The notes below the pieces were generated by a model. That model ran no database searches. It had not been told where the DNA came from and was given only the letters and a program-made list of their open reading frames with translations. Shown here piece by piece: positions 11,618-22,641 of a DNA stretch of 64,000 bases. The DNA is taken from assembly GCA_963765765.1 (NCBI GenBank), contig CAVXYC010000019.1, forward strand, positions 346,055 through 410,054, written 5' to 3'. The position numbers and the translations under genes are program-made. How positions within the stretch are numbered: position 1 is the first letter of the stretch; each line of letters starts with the position of its first letter. The DNA is from an uncultured Chloroflexia bacterium. Lineage in GTDB: Bacteria; Chloroflexota; UBA6077; JACCZL01.

Positions 11618-12612
11618 CGAGTCAGTAGCATGGTAAGAAGTTTGCAGGTGGAAGTGGGCTCAAGTGCCGAGCGTCCGCTCAGTCAAGGCTTGGCGGCCAC
11701 TACTTCGAGAGTTGATGATACCCAAGTTTGCAGCGCGGCAACCATCCGCCACTGCGGCTTCAAGGCGTCCCTAATTTGAGTTAGATGGTCGTCAAAGCGT
11801 CAGTGGGGGATTGTGATCATCGTTGCCCCGAGGTACTTGCATGGAGCCCAGAATCACCGGGTAGAAGCCTGGACGGCGGACGACGACGATCAAGTCTGGG
11901 CTCGGTCCTCCTCGTCCCACGGTGCGGATCTCTGAGTAACTTCTGTGACCTCAAGTATCGCAGCCGACGAGGCGGGGGTGGGTGGGGGAGAGCTCCGCAA
12001 GCAGACGTCCGGTGCCGGCTCGACCGAGGGCGAGCCATACCTGGTGCGGAGTTCGCGTGGTGCCACCAGCGGTGGAATCGACTCGTCGCCCTCGGGAACT
12101 GTTCGCCGTCTGAGCCCATGTACATTTCGTAGTGCTCTCCAGCCGCGATTAAGCGCCTCGAAGGTGCAGCGGGTGAGTGAGTGAGGGAGACCGGAGCTAC
12201 TCCCTCGGGGGATCGCCCGACTCATGCCTGATACTGTAGGATCAAACGAAAAGAGATTTTGAATCGACGGGTTCGGCAGCCGAGTTCTGTACTCCCCGCG
12301 CTGATGAAACTTAACGGCCCGATCGGATCGAGCTCCAATTAAATTCGACGAGCAGATGGCCGCATACTAAGTGGTGCGGGGAGATGCAGTATTTGCTCGA
12401 GGCCTCTGCAATCGTCTGAAACCTACTGTGAACTCTGCAGCGATTGACCCGATGCGCGGTGGTCAGAGCACTATCTCAACATTAGACGTCGGGGCAACTC
12501 GAACCGAAGGCTGACCCTAGTGCTCGGAGAGATGCAGGTGGCGCATACGTAGTTCCGCGCCCGGAAACAGTTCGTGCTGGCGTAAGAGTTTGCGCTTCAC
12601 TTCCTCAGGATC

Positions 12613-14775
12613 ATGACCTCAGCTGCTCTGCCGTTGATACACGAAGCTCCCTCTTTCAGCCAGAAGGTCTGGCTTACGATAGCTGTAGTGGCCCTCGTGG
12701 GTCTCTTGACAGCCCCACTACCAACGGCCTGGATCGGGCTGGCAGCTCTCGCGGCTATTCTGCTTGGTCGGGGCCGTGCACTGGTCGGGGCGGGTGCCGG
12801 GCTGCCCTATTGGCTCTCAATAGCCCCGTACATCGCGGGCGCGCTGGTAGGGTATGCAATATCAATCCGTCCTGGCGCCGCCGAAATCCGCCTGTTCGGC
12901 ATCCTGGCTGGCGTCGCGGCGTCCACGCTGGTTTTTCTGGCCGCGACGTCACCGGACGGCGCCAGGCGAGTCGCCGGTGTCATGCTTGGTATCACTATTG
13001 TCGCCACGCCGATCATGTTCTTAGTGGTAACACCATTCCTCCTTCCGCTCGATCGCTTGCCCAGCGGCTTGATCGGATGGGCTGGTGTTTTAGAGCCGAT
13101 TCGTCAGCTCATTTTGGATCAGGATGACGTACTGCAGCGGTATCGACTCCGCGCTTCGGGCCTGGGCACGCTTTCGGCATTCGGCGTCGGACTGACGCTG
13201 GGGCCGTTAATGACTGCGCAAACGCGCAAGACTCGCGTGCTGGCCAGCCTGGTGTTGCTCTACTTCGGCGTGTTTCTCTTGTTGGCAGGAAACCGCGGGG
13301 CAATGCTGAGTGCGGCTGTGGCAACGGTGCTCCTCTTTGCCGGACGCATGCGCTGGCTTCTCGCTGGTGGGGTAGCCACCGCTCTGGGCGTGCTGCTTAT
13401 CATGAGCGGACTAGCACTTGCTGGTAGTGGGCCGGGTGATCACGTCCTAGGTGTGCTTTCCAGTCCCATTACCGACCTCGGCTCCATACAGCGGCGCGTG
13501 GAGTTCTGGGATAACTTGTTTTTCCTTCTGGGCGATTTTCGCTTTACGGGCGTGGGCCTAGGCGTTCGTTCGGTCCAGGAGATCTATGAGACGTATTTCA
13601 TCCCCATCGATCCGCGCTTCAGCCACTCCCACAATATCTTTCTCCAAACGTATCTGGAGCAAGGTCCGCTCGGCTTCATCGGCCTCGTCGGACTCGTGCT
13701 GATTGGCTTGGTGTCAGCGTGGCGAACGCTTGCTCGCATCAATCGCCCGGATTCCAGATCAGCCATCGTGTCGGCCTCCGGGGCCCTGCTCGTGCTTCTT
13801 GTGGCTGGACTCACCGAGATTGTCGCGCTCACGGCTATCGGTATGGTTATGCTTTTCTCTGCTCTGGCGCTTCTCGTGGTCGGTGCTCGTCTCGAGTTCG
13901 AAACCAAAACGACACTATCGAGTTCGGTATCATCCCGACCTTCAGTGGCCAAGGTGATCGCCGTCGTCGGCGTAGGCCTCATTTGTGTCGTGTTCACTTT
14001 GCCGCTATTCGTGCGCGCTCAGCCACCGTCCACGGCATCTTCCTCAGAAGTGCGGGTGAGTTTCGTGGACCGACTTCTCGCTGCAGTTAATCTCAATCAA
14101 GGCGCCGTTGAGGTCACCAAGGCGAGCATTGGTGTGGATAGGCCGCGAGCGGAGCGCGACGAACGACTGGCGGACGCGGAACAATTACTCCTCTATGCGA
14201 TGGAACGAGATCCTTCCAACCTCGCCGTGTACCGCAATCTTGCCGTGGTCCACGCGGTCCAATCGCAACGCTCGGCCGCTCGTCGACTACTCAACGATGC
14301 TCAGTCGCTGACTGATCCTGATGACAAACGTACGACGTTTCAACTCGGGCGCCTGTACCGCGATAACGGCGATGTCTCGAGAGCGATCGATGCGTGGACT
14401 CGTGCTGGGGCAACTCGACAACTAATCTCCTGGGGGGCCACCGCGCTTCGACGAAGCCAATGGCGAACGGCGATAGATGTGAACGTCGCAACAATTCACG
14501 TGGCGCCATCGGAGCGCTTGCCGTGGCACGGCCTGGCAGTTGCGGTCGAGCAGACGGACGGCCAGTACGTTGCCGCGGCCACTATGGAACAGCTGGCTGC
14601 TCAATATCCAAGCGTGCCTTGGCCGTATCTCGAAATTGGAGACCTCTCCAGGGATCATGGGAAGCCAGCGCAAGCGCAGGAGTGGTATCGGCGAGCCGCC
14701 GTGGTCGCGCCCGAGGAGCCCGCCATTCAAGATCGACTGGCGGACATCGGGCAGACGGTCCAGGCGGATCAGTGA
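12613..14775 (+). CDS. O-antigen ligase (Wzy_C) family protein with C-terminal TPR repeats
   Basis: NRGAML, RRVEFW, FTGVGLG, HSHNIFLQTYLEQGPLG motifs; TPR-like C-terminus. Confidence 0.85.
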   Translation: MTSAALPLIHEAPSFSQKVWLTIAVVALVGLLTAPLPTAWIGLAALAAILLGRGRALVGAGAGLPYWLSIAPYIAGALVGYAISIRPGAAEIRLFGILAGVAASTLVFLAATSPDGARRVAGVMLGITIVATPIMFLVVTPFLLPLDRLPSGLIGWAGVLEPIRQLILDQDDVLQRYRLRASGLGTLSAFGVGLTLGPLMTAQTRKTRVLASLVLLYFGVFLLLAGNRGAMLSAAVATVLLFAGRMRWLLAGGVATALGVLLIMSGLALAGSGPGDHVLGVLSSPITDLGSIQRRVEFWDNLFFLLGDFRFTGVGLGVRSVQEIYETYFIPIDPRFSHSHNIFLQTYLEQGPLGFIGLVGLVLIGLVSAWRTLARINRPDSRSAIVSASGALLVLLVAGLTEIVALTAIGMVMLFSALALLVVGARLEFETKTTLSSSVSSRPSVAKVIAVVGVGLICVVFTLPLFVRAQPPSTASSSEVRVSFVDRLLAAVNLNQGAVEVTKASIGVDRPRAERDERLADAEQLLLYAMERDPSNLAVYRNLAVVHAVQSQRSAARRLLNDAQSLTDPDDKRTTFQLGRLYRDNGDVSRAIDAWTRAGATRQLISWGATALRRSQWRTAIDVNVATIHVAPSERLPWHGLAVAVEQTDGQYVAAATMEQLAAQYPSVPWPYLEIGDLSRDHGKPAQAQEWYRRAAVVAPEEPAIQDRLADIGQTVQADQ

Positions 14776-15037
14776 CGACCCTCAAGCACTCCGGTGCCGC
14801 TTGCACCTTGCGGGACCGCTGTGCCGCGGAGGGCCTTCGTGAAACTCCAGCAGCACAATGGGCCGGAAGGCTAACAGACCCGGCCAGGCGGGGCAGGAAC
14901 CTGTTCGCTCTGAGGTCGCGGAAGCGTGGGCCAGTGCAGGTCTCAGGGTTCGAACGACCGTGGCAATCGGTGAATCGCCAGCCAGTCACGCGGCCCGGAG
15001 CATCGACGAACGCCATTGACAAGAACCCCAGTCTCGC

Positions 15038-16387
15038 GTGACGCGATTCGCTCGGGCCAGCGTTGGTAGCCTGCTGACGCTGGGCTTCGGACTAGTCGCC
15101 GGAATATTCATCAATCGGTTGCTCGGCGTCGAAGGCAGAGCCGCGTATGCGTTGGCCGTCCGGACCGCGGGTGTCGTCGTCGCGGTCGCCCAGTGGGGCA
15201 TTCCGGAGGTCATGCTCGGCTCACTTGGTAGAGGCGGTACTCAGTCGGCGGCGGTCATTGGCTCCGCGCTGGCACTGGCCGTCACGACGTCCTTGGTCCT
15301 GAGCGCGGCCTTTCTGGCGCTCGCTCCGCTACTGGCAGATTCGCTACTCCAGGGGCTACCGTCGTCGATGCTCGGCCCGGCGGTCGCCTCCTCCGTCTTT
15401 AGTGTTGCCTACATCATCCTCCGACGGGTGATTCAGCTTCGCGGCCAGCTTTTGGTCTACAACGCCTTGGACCTGCTGAAGGCGGTCGTTTTCCTGGCGT
15501 TGATCGTCGCCATGGTCCTGTGGTCCGCGGACCAGCGGGCAGGCGCCATTACCGCGTACCTGTTTGCCGAGGCGATACTGACGCTCCTCGCCGGTGCCTT
15601 CGTCTTATGGAAACTCGATCGTTTTTGGAAGATCGATCCTGGGGTTTCGGTAAGGCTCGTTCGATCTGGCTTCCTGGTCCAGATTGGCATCATCGCCATG
15701 TTCTTGGCCGGTCAGGCAGGCTTGTTCGTCATCAACGTCTACGGGTCGTTGGCAGACGTCGGTTATTATGCGACGGCTCTCGGATTGGCCACGTACGTGA
15801 CCTTTGTATCGGTCTCGATCCGCTCAGTTCTGCAGTCCAGGCTGCCCAGTGTTGGGGCACAGCCCCATTCCGTCGCGACTCTGACCGCGACGATCACCCG
15901 ACACACCTTCATCTGGCTGCTCGTGGCAGCCGCTGGTCTGGGTCTCATTGGAAAGCCTGTAATAGTGCTGCTCTATGGAGAGGAGTTTTCACCTGCCTAC
16001 CTGCCCATGCTGTATTTGCTTCCCGGCATGGTGTGCTGGGGCCTCCAACAGATCCTGGCCAGCTACTTCAACGCCCTCAGCGAGTTTCGAGTGGGAACGT
16101 TGGGAGCCTGGGTCGTCGCGATCGTGGGTATAGGACTCCAGATAATCGTGACGCCGGTACTTGGTGTGACGGGTGCTGCGGCTGCGCTGTCGCTTGGCTA
16201 CGCTACAGCTCTGAGTGTGTACATCGTCCTCTTCTGTCGCCACAGTGGGTTTGGCTTCTCGACCCTGCTACCGTCAAGTACTGAGATTAGGAGCTACCTC
16301 ACCATTGTCCGAGGCAGGCTCAACTCTGACTCCGCGAATCCTGAGGACAGCAGTGCGGCAAGCACGCCTATTCGCTTCGAGAGCTGA
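15038..16387 (+). CDS. wzx: Oligosaccharide flippase (Wzx/MATE-like)
   Basis: RLLGVEGRAAY, VGYYATA, LLYGEEF, PVLGVTGAAAA; about 12 TM segments. Confidence 0.85.
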   Translation: MTRFARASVGSLLTLGFGLVAGIFINRLLGVEGRAAYALAVRTAGVVVAVAQWGIPEVMLGSLGRGGTQSAAVIGSALALAVTTSLVLSAAFLALAPLLADSLLQGLPSSMLGPAVASSVFSVAYIILRRVIQLRGQLLVYNALDLLKAVVFLALIVAMVLWSADQRAGAITAYLFAEAILTLLAGAFVLWKLDRFWKIDPGVSVRLVRSGFLVQIGIIAMFLAGQAGLFVINVYGSLADVGYYATALGLATYVTFVSVSIRSVLQSRLPSVGAQPHSVATLTATITRHTFIWLLVAAAGLGLIGKPVIVLLYGEEFSPAYLPMLYLLPGMVCWGLQQILASYFNALSEFRVGTLGAWVVAIVGIGLQIIVTPVLGVTGAAAALSLGYATALSVYIVLFCRHSGFGFSTLLPSSTEIRSYLTIVRGRLNSDSANPEDSSAASTPIRFES

Positions 16388-16461
16388 CTGCTCAACGTTG
16401 ACGATTAAGTGTGTATGCTGGCTTGGATGCGGGCGGGTTCGCGTTTCGCGGACGGAGCCGG

Positions 16462-17691
16462 ATGAAAGTTTCGCTATTCTCCATTGACCCCCTCGGGCGC
16501 GGCGGAGCCTACACCTCGGCGCTGGCGGTCTACACCATGCTTAGAGAGTGGGGACTCGACCCACGCCTCTGGTACTTGAACGCGGGATTATCAGAGGGTC
16601 TGACGCCGAAGGAGCTTCTGCGGAGAGGCAGGCTCTGGGACTGTCGTGACCAGGAGCGGAGAGGAATTCCCGGTGTCGCGGTGGGCCACGTGGCGGCTCG
16701 CCTCCCGGCGCTGGCCTACAACTGGTGGCCATACCCGATCATTCGCCGACGTGTGGCCGAGTACGACATGCACCTTGTGCTTGGTGTCCCGGTGTGCGGC
16801 GTGACCGCGGCATTTTTACGCACGCCCTACGTCTGCTGGACTGCGACCCTGCTCGGTGACGAGCTCAAGGCGAGGGCGAAGGGTGGCGAGCAGCTTGCTC
16901 GGGACATGCTCACGTCTCCTCTCTGGCAATACATGGCGTGGCAAGAGCGGCTGGTGCTGAGGCGGGCGGCGCGTGTCCTGGCGGTGAGCGAAGAGACCGC
17001 GGATCGTATACGGGCCACCGTGCCGGGCGTCGCGTCTAAGTTAGAGGTGCTCTCGTGGCCGATTGATACAACGTTGTTCCGGCCCGCTGATGCCCAGCGA
17101 TGCTCTCAAACAGACTCATCTCGTACTCTCATCACCGTCGGACGGTTGGACGATCCTCGGAAAAATATCCTGAACCTCCTAAGGGCTATGCCCGCTGTCC
17201 GAAAGGTGCTTGGGGACGTGCGGCTCAAGCTCGTTGGTGCTGGCGGTGATGCGGTCCTCGCTACGGCCAGTGGTGTCCCTCTGGACGGCGTGGAGGTCCT
17301 CGGTCGCCTGCCTGATGACGTGCTAATCCGTGAGCTTCAAGCTGCCGATCTCTTCATCTTGCCCTCGCTCCAGGAGGGGCTCGGTCTTGCCGTCCTGGAA
17401 GCGATGGCCTGTGGACTCCCTGTAATGAGCACACCAAGCGGTGGGCCGGAAGCGCACGTGCGAGACGGGCAGACGGGTTTTGTTACGCGCGGATTCTCGG
17501 CTTCTACGCTTGCTGATGCAGTGATTCAGGCTCTGGATGATCCGGCAGGGTTGCGAGCGATGGGCAGGCGTGCCCGAGAAACTATCGTTGCCGAAAGTGG
17601 GCGCGAAGTCGTCGCCGCGCGGCTTAGGGCGACCCTCGAGCGCGTGTATCGGAAAGCGCCCAGCGAATTAGTGGGAGGACAACAGCGGTGA
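16462..17691 (+). CDS. Glycosyltransferase family 4
   Basis: VGRLDDPRKN, ADLFILPSLQEGLGLAVLEAMACG. Confidence 0.92.
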   Translation: MKVSLFSIDPLGRGGAYTSALAVYTMLREWGLDPRLWYLNAGLSEGLTPKELLRRGRLWDCRDQERRGIPGVAVGHVAARLPALAYNWWPYPIIRRRVAEYDMHLVLGVPVCGVTAAFLRTPYVCWTATLLGDELKARAKGGEQLARDMLTSPLWQYMAWQERLVLRRAARVLAVSEETADRIRATVPGVASKLEVLSWPIDTTLFRPADAQRCSQTDSSRTLITVGRLDDPRKNILNLLRAMPAVRKVLGDVRLKLVGAGGDAVLATASGVPLDGVEVLGRLPDDVLIRELQAADLFILPSLQEGLGLAVLEAMACGLPVMSTPSGGPEAHVRDGQTGFVTRGFSASTLADAVIQALDDPAGLRAMGRRARETIVAESGREVVAARLRATLERVYRKAPSELVGGQQR

Positions 17692-17975
17692 ACTCCAACC
17701 CGGCTACAGTTCCGACGTCAGGCGTGAAGACGACGATATACCCTACCTCGCGCGAATCATCGGTGATGAATTAGGTGAATCGAAAAGTGTCGAGAGCGAG
17801 GGAGTGGGCCGCGTGAGCCTCTTCATGTCGGGCGCCTCGGGTGCACTCGAGATCGTAACTGGTCCAGTGGGTCGAACGAGCGCGGCTGGCATCGTTGCAT
17901 CGTTGCCGTTTACGACGGTTTGTCCAGCAGCGTCGGCTAGCGCTGGTAACTAGGGCACGGAGTCGAGCGACCAGC

Positions 17976-18025
17976 GCAGTATCGTAGAGCGGGCAAGCCA
18001 AATCATGCCCGCTCTACGATACTGC
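17976..18025. terminator. Perfect 20-bp hairpin (GTAG-REP-like) directly after the msrB stop
   Basis: GCAGTATCGTAGAGCGGGCA / TGCCCGCTCTACGATACTGC. Confidence 0.7.
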
Positions 18026-18026
18026 A

Positions 18027-18449
18027 TCAATTGTCAGGATTGAGCTTGAGCGAGACCGAGTTGATGCAGAACCGTTGCCCTGTCGGCATAGGGCCATCGT
18101 CAAACACGTGCCCCAGGTGACCGCCGCAGGCCTTGCAGGTGACTTCCGTTCGGACCATGCCATGGCTAGTGTCGTCGTGAAGGTTCACCGCTTCCCGGTT
18201 GATCGGCTCCCAAAAGCTGGGCCAACCCGAGTGTGATTCGAACTTAGTGCCCGACTTGAACAGCTCGGCGCCACAAGCAGCGCAGACGTAGGTGCCGTTT
18301 GCCTTGGTCTGGACGTACTCCCCGGTGAAAGGACGCTCGGTGCCCTTCTCACGCAGGATGTAGTATTGTTCCGGCGTCAGTTCTTGTCGCCATTCTTCCT
18401 CGGTCTTCTTTACTTCTGCGCTCACGTTTGGCCCCCCAATGGTCAGCAT
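18027..18449 (-). CDS. msrB: Peptide methionine (R)-sulfoxide reductase
   Basis: [45 protein letters not shown]. Confidence 0.97.
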   Translation of the reverse strand: MLTIGGPNVSAEVKKTEEEWRQELTPEQYYILREKGTERPFTGEYVQTKANGTYVCAACGAELFKSGTKFESHSGWPSFWEPINREAVNLHDDTSHGMVRTEVTCKACGGHLGHVFDDGPMPTGQRFCINSVSLKLNPDN

Positions 18450-18717
18450 GCGTGGATCTCGAGAAACCGCTGATATTAAGTATAGGCGGATGTATCAGGT
18501 CTCTTATTCGACCAGCGTCGTTAAGGGCCGAAGCGGCATCATCAGGCAAACCTACGGTATCATCGCGCCCAGCATCACAACGCGTGTCCCGAACGCGCGC
18601 ACCGTCGTCGCTCCAGTCAACTCCGCGGGGTGACCCGTTCCCGATTGTCTTGAGATTGAATCCCGTCCACGACCCGAGCCCGCGGCGTCCACACCCACAG
18701 GGATGCGCGGTATGGCC

Positions 18718-19644
18718 ATGAGCAGCGCGGCAGTTTCCTCAGCAGCGAATGTCACGTCGCAGCCAGCTCCAACGGAGCTCGGAGCGACGATCCTTATTCC
18801 CGCCTATAACGAAGAGGACGGGATAGGTCCCGTCCTGGATCAGCTCAATCGGGTCATGAGGGAGTCTGGCATCGAGTACGAGATCCTCGTCGTCGATGAC
18901 GGCTCGCGCGACAAGACGGCCGAAGAAGTTCGAAAGCATGACGTGAAGCTTGTTCAGCATACGGTAAACCGCGGCTACGGCGCGGCGCTGAAGACCGGAT
19001 TGCGCCAGGCGCGCCACGAGCTCATTGTCATTACCGATGCCGATGGTACGTATCCTAATGAGCGGATTCCAGAGCTCATTGGCGAGATGCACGATTGCGA
19101 CATGGTCGTAGGGGCGCGAACCGGGGAGAACACGCACGTGCCGCTCGTAAGAAGACCGGCGAAGTGGTTCATCACTCGACTAGCAGAGTCGATCACCGGC
19201 TCTGAGATTCCAGATTTGAACTCCGGCTTGCGGGTTTTTCGAAAGCCGCTGGCGATGGAGTTCTATCACCTCTTCCCGAAGGGCTTCTCGTTCACGACCA
19301 CCATCACACTCGCCATGCTGACCAATGACTATCCCGTCAAGTTCATCCCGATCGATTACCACGCGCGGGTTGGCAACTCGAAAATTCGGCCCATTCGCGA
19401 TACGGCGAACTTCATTCACCTGATTCTCCGTACGGTCATGTACTTCGCCCCATTGCGCATTTTTCTTCGGCTGGCCATCTTGCTGTTCGCGGCCTCCATT
19501 GCGGTCGGCGCGTACAGTCTTATCGCGCTCGGACGGCTCATGGACGTTACCGTGGTGGTTCTGGCAGTTGCGGGCCTGCAGGCTGCCATGACGGGGATGC
19601 TGGCCGATCTGGTGGACAAACGAATTCCAAGAGGGCGGCTGTGA
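18718..19644 (+). CDS. GT2 polyprenol-phosphate glycosyltransferase (DPM1-like) with 2 C-terminal TM helices
   Basis: IPAYNEE, VVDDGSRD, NRGYGAALKTG, TDADGTY, DLNSGLR. Confidence 0.92.
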   Translation: MSSAAVSSAANVTSQPAPTELGATILIPAYNEEDGIGPVLDQLNRVMRESGIEYEILVVDDGSRDKTAEEVRKHDVKLVQHTVNRGYGAALKTGLRQARHELIVITDADGTYPNERIPELIGEMHDCDMVVGARTGENTHVPLVRRPAKWFITRLAESITGSEIPDLNSGLRVFRKPLAMEFYHLFPKGFSFTTTITLAMLTNDYPVKFIPIDYHARVGNSKIRPIRDTANFIHLILRTVMYFAPLRIFLRLAILLFAASIAVGAYSLIALGRLMDVTVVVLAVAGLQAAMTGMLADLVDKRIPRGRL

Positions 19645-21407
19645 CGCTGACCCAACAACATCGAGACGAAACTAGAGTGCGCGATCTGACCCATGTGTAC
19701 CTGGAGCGCGCACTCAGCCAAATTCCGCGAATCCTCTCCCTGCAGGACCGTAACCCGTTCTCGCCAACGTACGGGTCGTTTCACCGACCGTACTGGCTGG
19801 ATAAGACCAGCGACTTTCCGGACGCTCTCGCGCAATTCGGCGTGCAAAGCTTGGCGATCGTGTACGCGCACGAGATGCCCGGCAATATCTATTACAAGCA
19901 GCCCAAGATCCGCGACTGGACCATCGCGGGTCTAGAGTACTGGGCGCGCGTTCAGCATGCGGACGGCTCGTTCGACGAGTTCTATCCTTACGAGCGTGGC
20001 TGGGCCGGCCCCACCGCGTTTACCTGTTTCGCGGCGATCGAGTCTGTGCGATGTCTTGGTGATGATCTGCCGACTCATTCACGGGAGCGAGTGCTGGACG
20101 CGATTCGAAAGGCGGCGCGTTTCATCGCCGCTGGCGAATCAGAGGAAGATCACCTCGCGAATCATCACGCCATTGCCTGCATGGCCGTCTGGAAGGCGCA
20201 CGAGCTGCTCGGCGACCCCGCGCTCAAAGATGGCTTCGAGCGGCTCTGGCAAGGCTTCCTACGATATCAGCAGCCCGAAGGGTGGTCGATCGAATACGAC
20301 GGTGTGGACCCTGGATATCTTTCTGCCACGGTATCATTCCTGGCTAAGGTCTATCAGACACATCCCACGCCGGAAATTCTTGCGGTGCTGAAATCAGCAG
20401 TCGAGTTTGCAAGCTACTTCGTGTATCCCAACGGGTACTACGGCGGTAGCATGGGCAGCCGACAGACGCTGCACTTCTACCCCCACGGGTTCGAGGTGCT
20501 GGCTGATGAGATTCCATTGGCTGGGAGCATCGCTCAAAAGATGCTGGAGGGACTGGATCAAGGTTGTTTGGTGCCACCAGAGATCATGCCCGACCGCTAT
20601 CTGCCGTATCGGGTGGCTGAATACCTGCAGGCCTATCTCGATGCTGAGCCACGCTCAGCGGAGCTGCCGAAGCTCCCATATGAGCGCGCACCATTTACCC
20701 AGTGGTTTCGCGGCGCACGCGTGTATGCACGGCGAGGTGAGCGTAGTTACTTGCTGGTGAACCTTGCCAAAGGCGGCGTTATTAAGTTGTTCGATGTACA
20801 GACCGGTGCGCTGATCTTCAATGATTGCGGGATCCTGGGAAAACTGCAGGACGGTGCGTTGGTCAGCTCGCAGTGGGTCGATCCTCGGTATGAGGTGAAC
20901 GTCTCAGATGAGATGGTCCAGGTTCATGGCTCGCTGCAGAAAATGCCGTCCACCAAAACGTTCACGCCGCTCAAGATGGCGATGTTTCGCGGAGTCCTCA
21001 CGGCTGTGGGCTGGAACGGCCCAGCATCGCACATGATCAAGGGCGGCATTCGCAAATTGCTGATGCTGGGAACGAGGCCAATACCAGTGCAGTTCCGCCG
21101 TCAGATTCGCCTCGACGGCGACAATCTGCTGGTGACCGATCGTCTTGAGCGGACCGGCGCGGCGCTGTTCGCGTCGCTCATGATTGGCGACGAGTTTGCC
21201 GTGCGGTACGTACCACAGTCACGGTATTTTCAGGCGCAAGAGCTTGGAGTCAATGGTCTGCGACCGAGCCATGCACACATCGAGCAGCTCAACTCGCGCG
21301 GGGCGCTGACGGTTGTGCGCCAGGTCGACCTGGACGCTGGCGTCCTCCGAACGGAGATCGGCGATACGTCGCTGCCGCTAGGCGAGCTTCAGGCGATAAG
21401 CAATTGA
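19641..21407 (+). CDS. Hypothetical protein, probable alpha/alpha-toroid (heparinase II/III-like or epimerase-like)
   Basis: Intact 588-aa ORF coupled to the GT2 gene; QHADGSFDEFYP, ANH, QQPEGWSIEYDGVDPGY. Confidence 0.7.
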   Translation: MTLTQQHRDETRVRDLTHVYLERALSQIPRILSLQDRNPFSPTYGSFHRPYWLDKTSDFPDALAQFGVQSLAIVYAHEMPGNIYYKQPKIRDWTIAGLEYWARVQHADGSFDEFYPYERGWAGPTAFTCFAAIESVRCLGDDLPTHSRERVLDAIRKAARFIAAGESEEDHLANHHAIACMAVWKAHELLGDPALKDGFERLWQGFLRYQQPEGWSIEYDGVDPGYLSATVSFLAKVYQTHPTPEILAVLKSAVEFASYFVYPNGYYGGSMGSRQTLHFYPHGFEVLADEIPLAGSIAQKMLEGLDQGCLVPPEIMPDRYLPYRVAEYLQAYLDAEPRSAELPKLPYERAPFTQWFRGARVYARRGERSYLLVNLAKGGVIKLFDVQTGALIFNDCGILGKLQDGALVSSQWVDPRYEVNVSDEMVQVHGSLQKMPSTKTFTPLKMAMFRGVLTAVGWNGPASHMIKGGIRKLLMLGTRPIPVQFRRQIRLDGDNLLVTDRLERTGAALFASLMIGDEFAVRYVPQSRYFQAQELGVNGLRPSHAHIEQLNSRGALTVVRQVDLDAGVLRTEIGDTSLPLGELQAISN

Positions 21408-21452
21408 TGAGCGTGACGCGCTGCGGCGCTTCGCGCCCCCTGAGCTCCCGCA

Positions 21453-22440
21453 ATGATTGAAACAGATCTGCAGGTCGATGCTCCAGCCATCGCCGAGACA
21501 AACGTGACCCCGGGCGCGGATACCTGGGCGCCGTGGCGGAATCGCGGGCTCCTGATTCGCATCGGCGATCTTCATAGTCGTCACGAGCGCCATCGTTGTT
21601 GGGCTCATTGGCTGGGTTGGTGCTCGGGACGTGGCGAGCCTCATCTCCGGGGTCAACCCGCAGCTCATGGTGCTGGCGACGTTGCTCACACTGACCCTCC
21701 CGGTTGTGCATGCGTGGCGATTCCGCACCGTGCTGAATGCCATTGGCTACAAGGTCTCCTCGCGCCGGTCATTTCATCTCACTATGGCGGCCTGGCCAAT
21801 CAGCTCCATCACGCCATCCAAATCGGGTGACCTCATCAAGGTCTACTATCTCCGAAAGGAGGTTCCAGCCACAGTCTCAGCCGGAAGCATTTTAGCCGAG
21901 CGAGCCGTGGATGTCGCGGTGCTGGGAGCCATGTCGTTGGTGGGATCGCTCTTTTTCGATCGACCCGCGATAACGATCTTTTCAGGTCTCATCTTGCTGG
22001 GGATGGCTGGCGTCTTCATCGTTGCGCCGTGGACGCGTCGCTTTCCGCTGAAACCGGCCTGGCGAGAACGAGTCGACCTTGTGCTTTCCAGTACATATGC
22101 GCTGTCACGCTCGCCATCGCTCCTTTTTACCACGTTGAGTTTGACCCTGCTGAATTGGGCGACTACGGTCTTGATAGCCTGGATACTGTTCCGAGCCGTG
22201 GATGCGAATGTTCCCTTGCTTTATACGTTTGCAGCTCTGCCTCCGGCCCTGTTCGCGGGCCTGATGCCCTTCACGCTGGGTGGCATGGGAACCCGCGACT
22301 CCGTCATCATGCTGCTGTTTGAGGGGTATGCAACGACCGCCCAATCTTTGACGGTCGGGATCCTGTACTCCTTCTTCGGACGGTGGCTCCTGTCGATCCT
22401 CGGCATACCGTTCCTGCAGCGACTCATCAAGGAAGGTTAA
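21453..22440 (+). CDS. Lysylphosphatidylglycerol-synthase TM domain / flippase-like (UPF0104), frameshift ~21570
   Basis: AWRF, ITPSKSGDLIK, AERAVD, PFTLGGMGTRD. Confidence 0.85.
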
Positions 22441-22512
22441 TCGCGGCGGCAAGTCTCTTTCGTCTTCGAAAGAGTACGTTGCCGACATCGCTGCCGCGCG
22501 ATCTCGCGTCCT

Positions 22513-22641
22513 ATGCCTGAATCCACTCGCTCAGCCTGGATTGCCGTTTTCTGGATGGCAATCGTTGTGGGTAGCTATCTGATCGTGAGTCTGCGGACTG
22601 ATATTCCCCGTTTACTGGGGCATCTCACCGGATCGCTGTGA
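22513..22641 (+). CDS. Small single-TM protein (42 aa)
   Basis: MPESTRSAWIAVFWMAIVVGSYLIVSLR...; its stop overlaps the next GTG (GTGA). Confidence 0.5.
   Translation: MPESTRSAWIAVFWMAIVVGSYLIVSLRTDIPRLLGHLTGSL

Noticed and set aside
12480-12560. Possible c-di-GMP riboswitch upstream of the ligase gene
   Set aside because: Lacks the GCAAA/GNRA-receptor architecture
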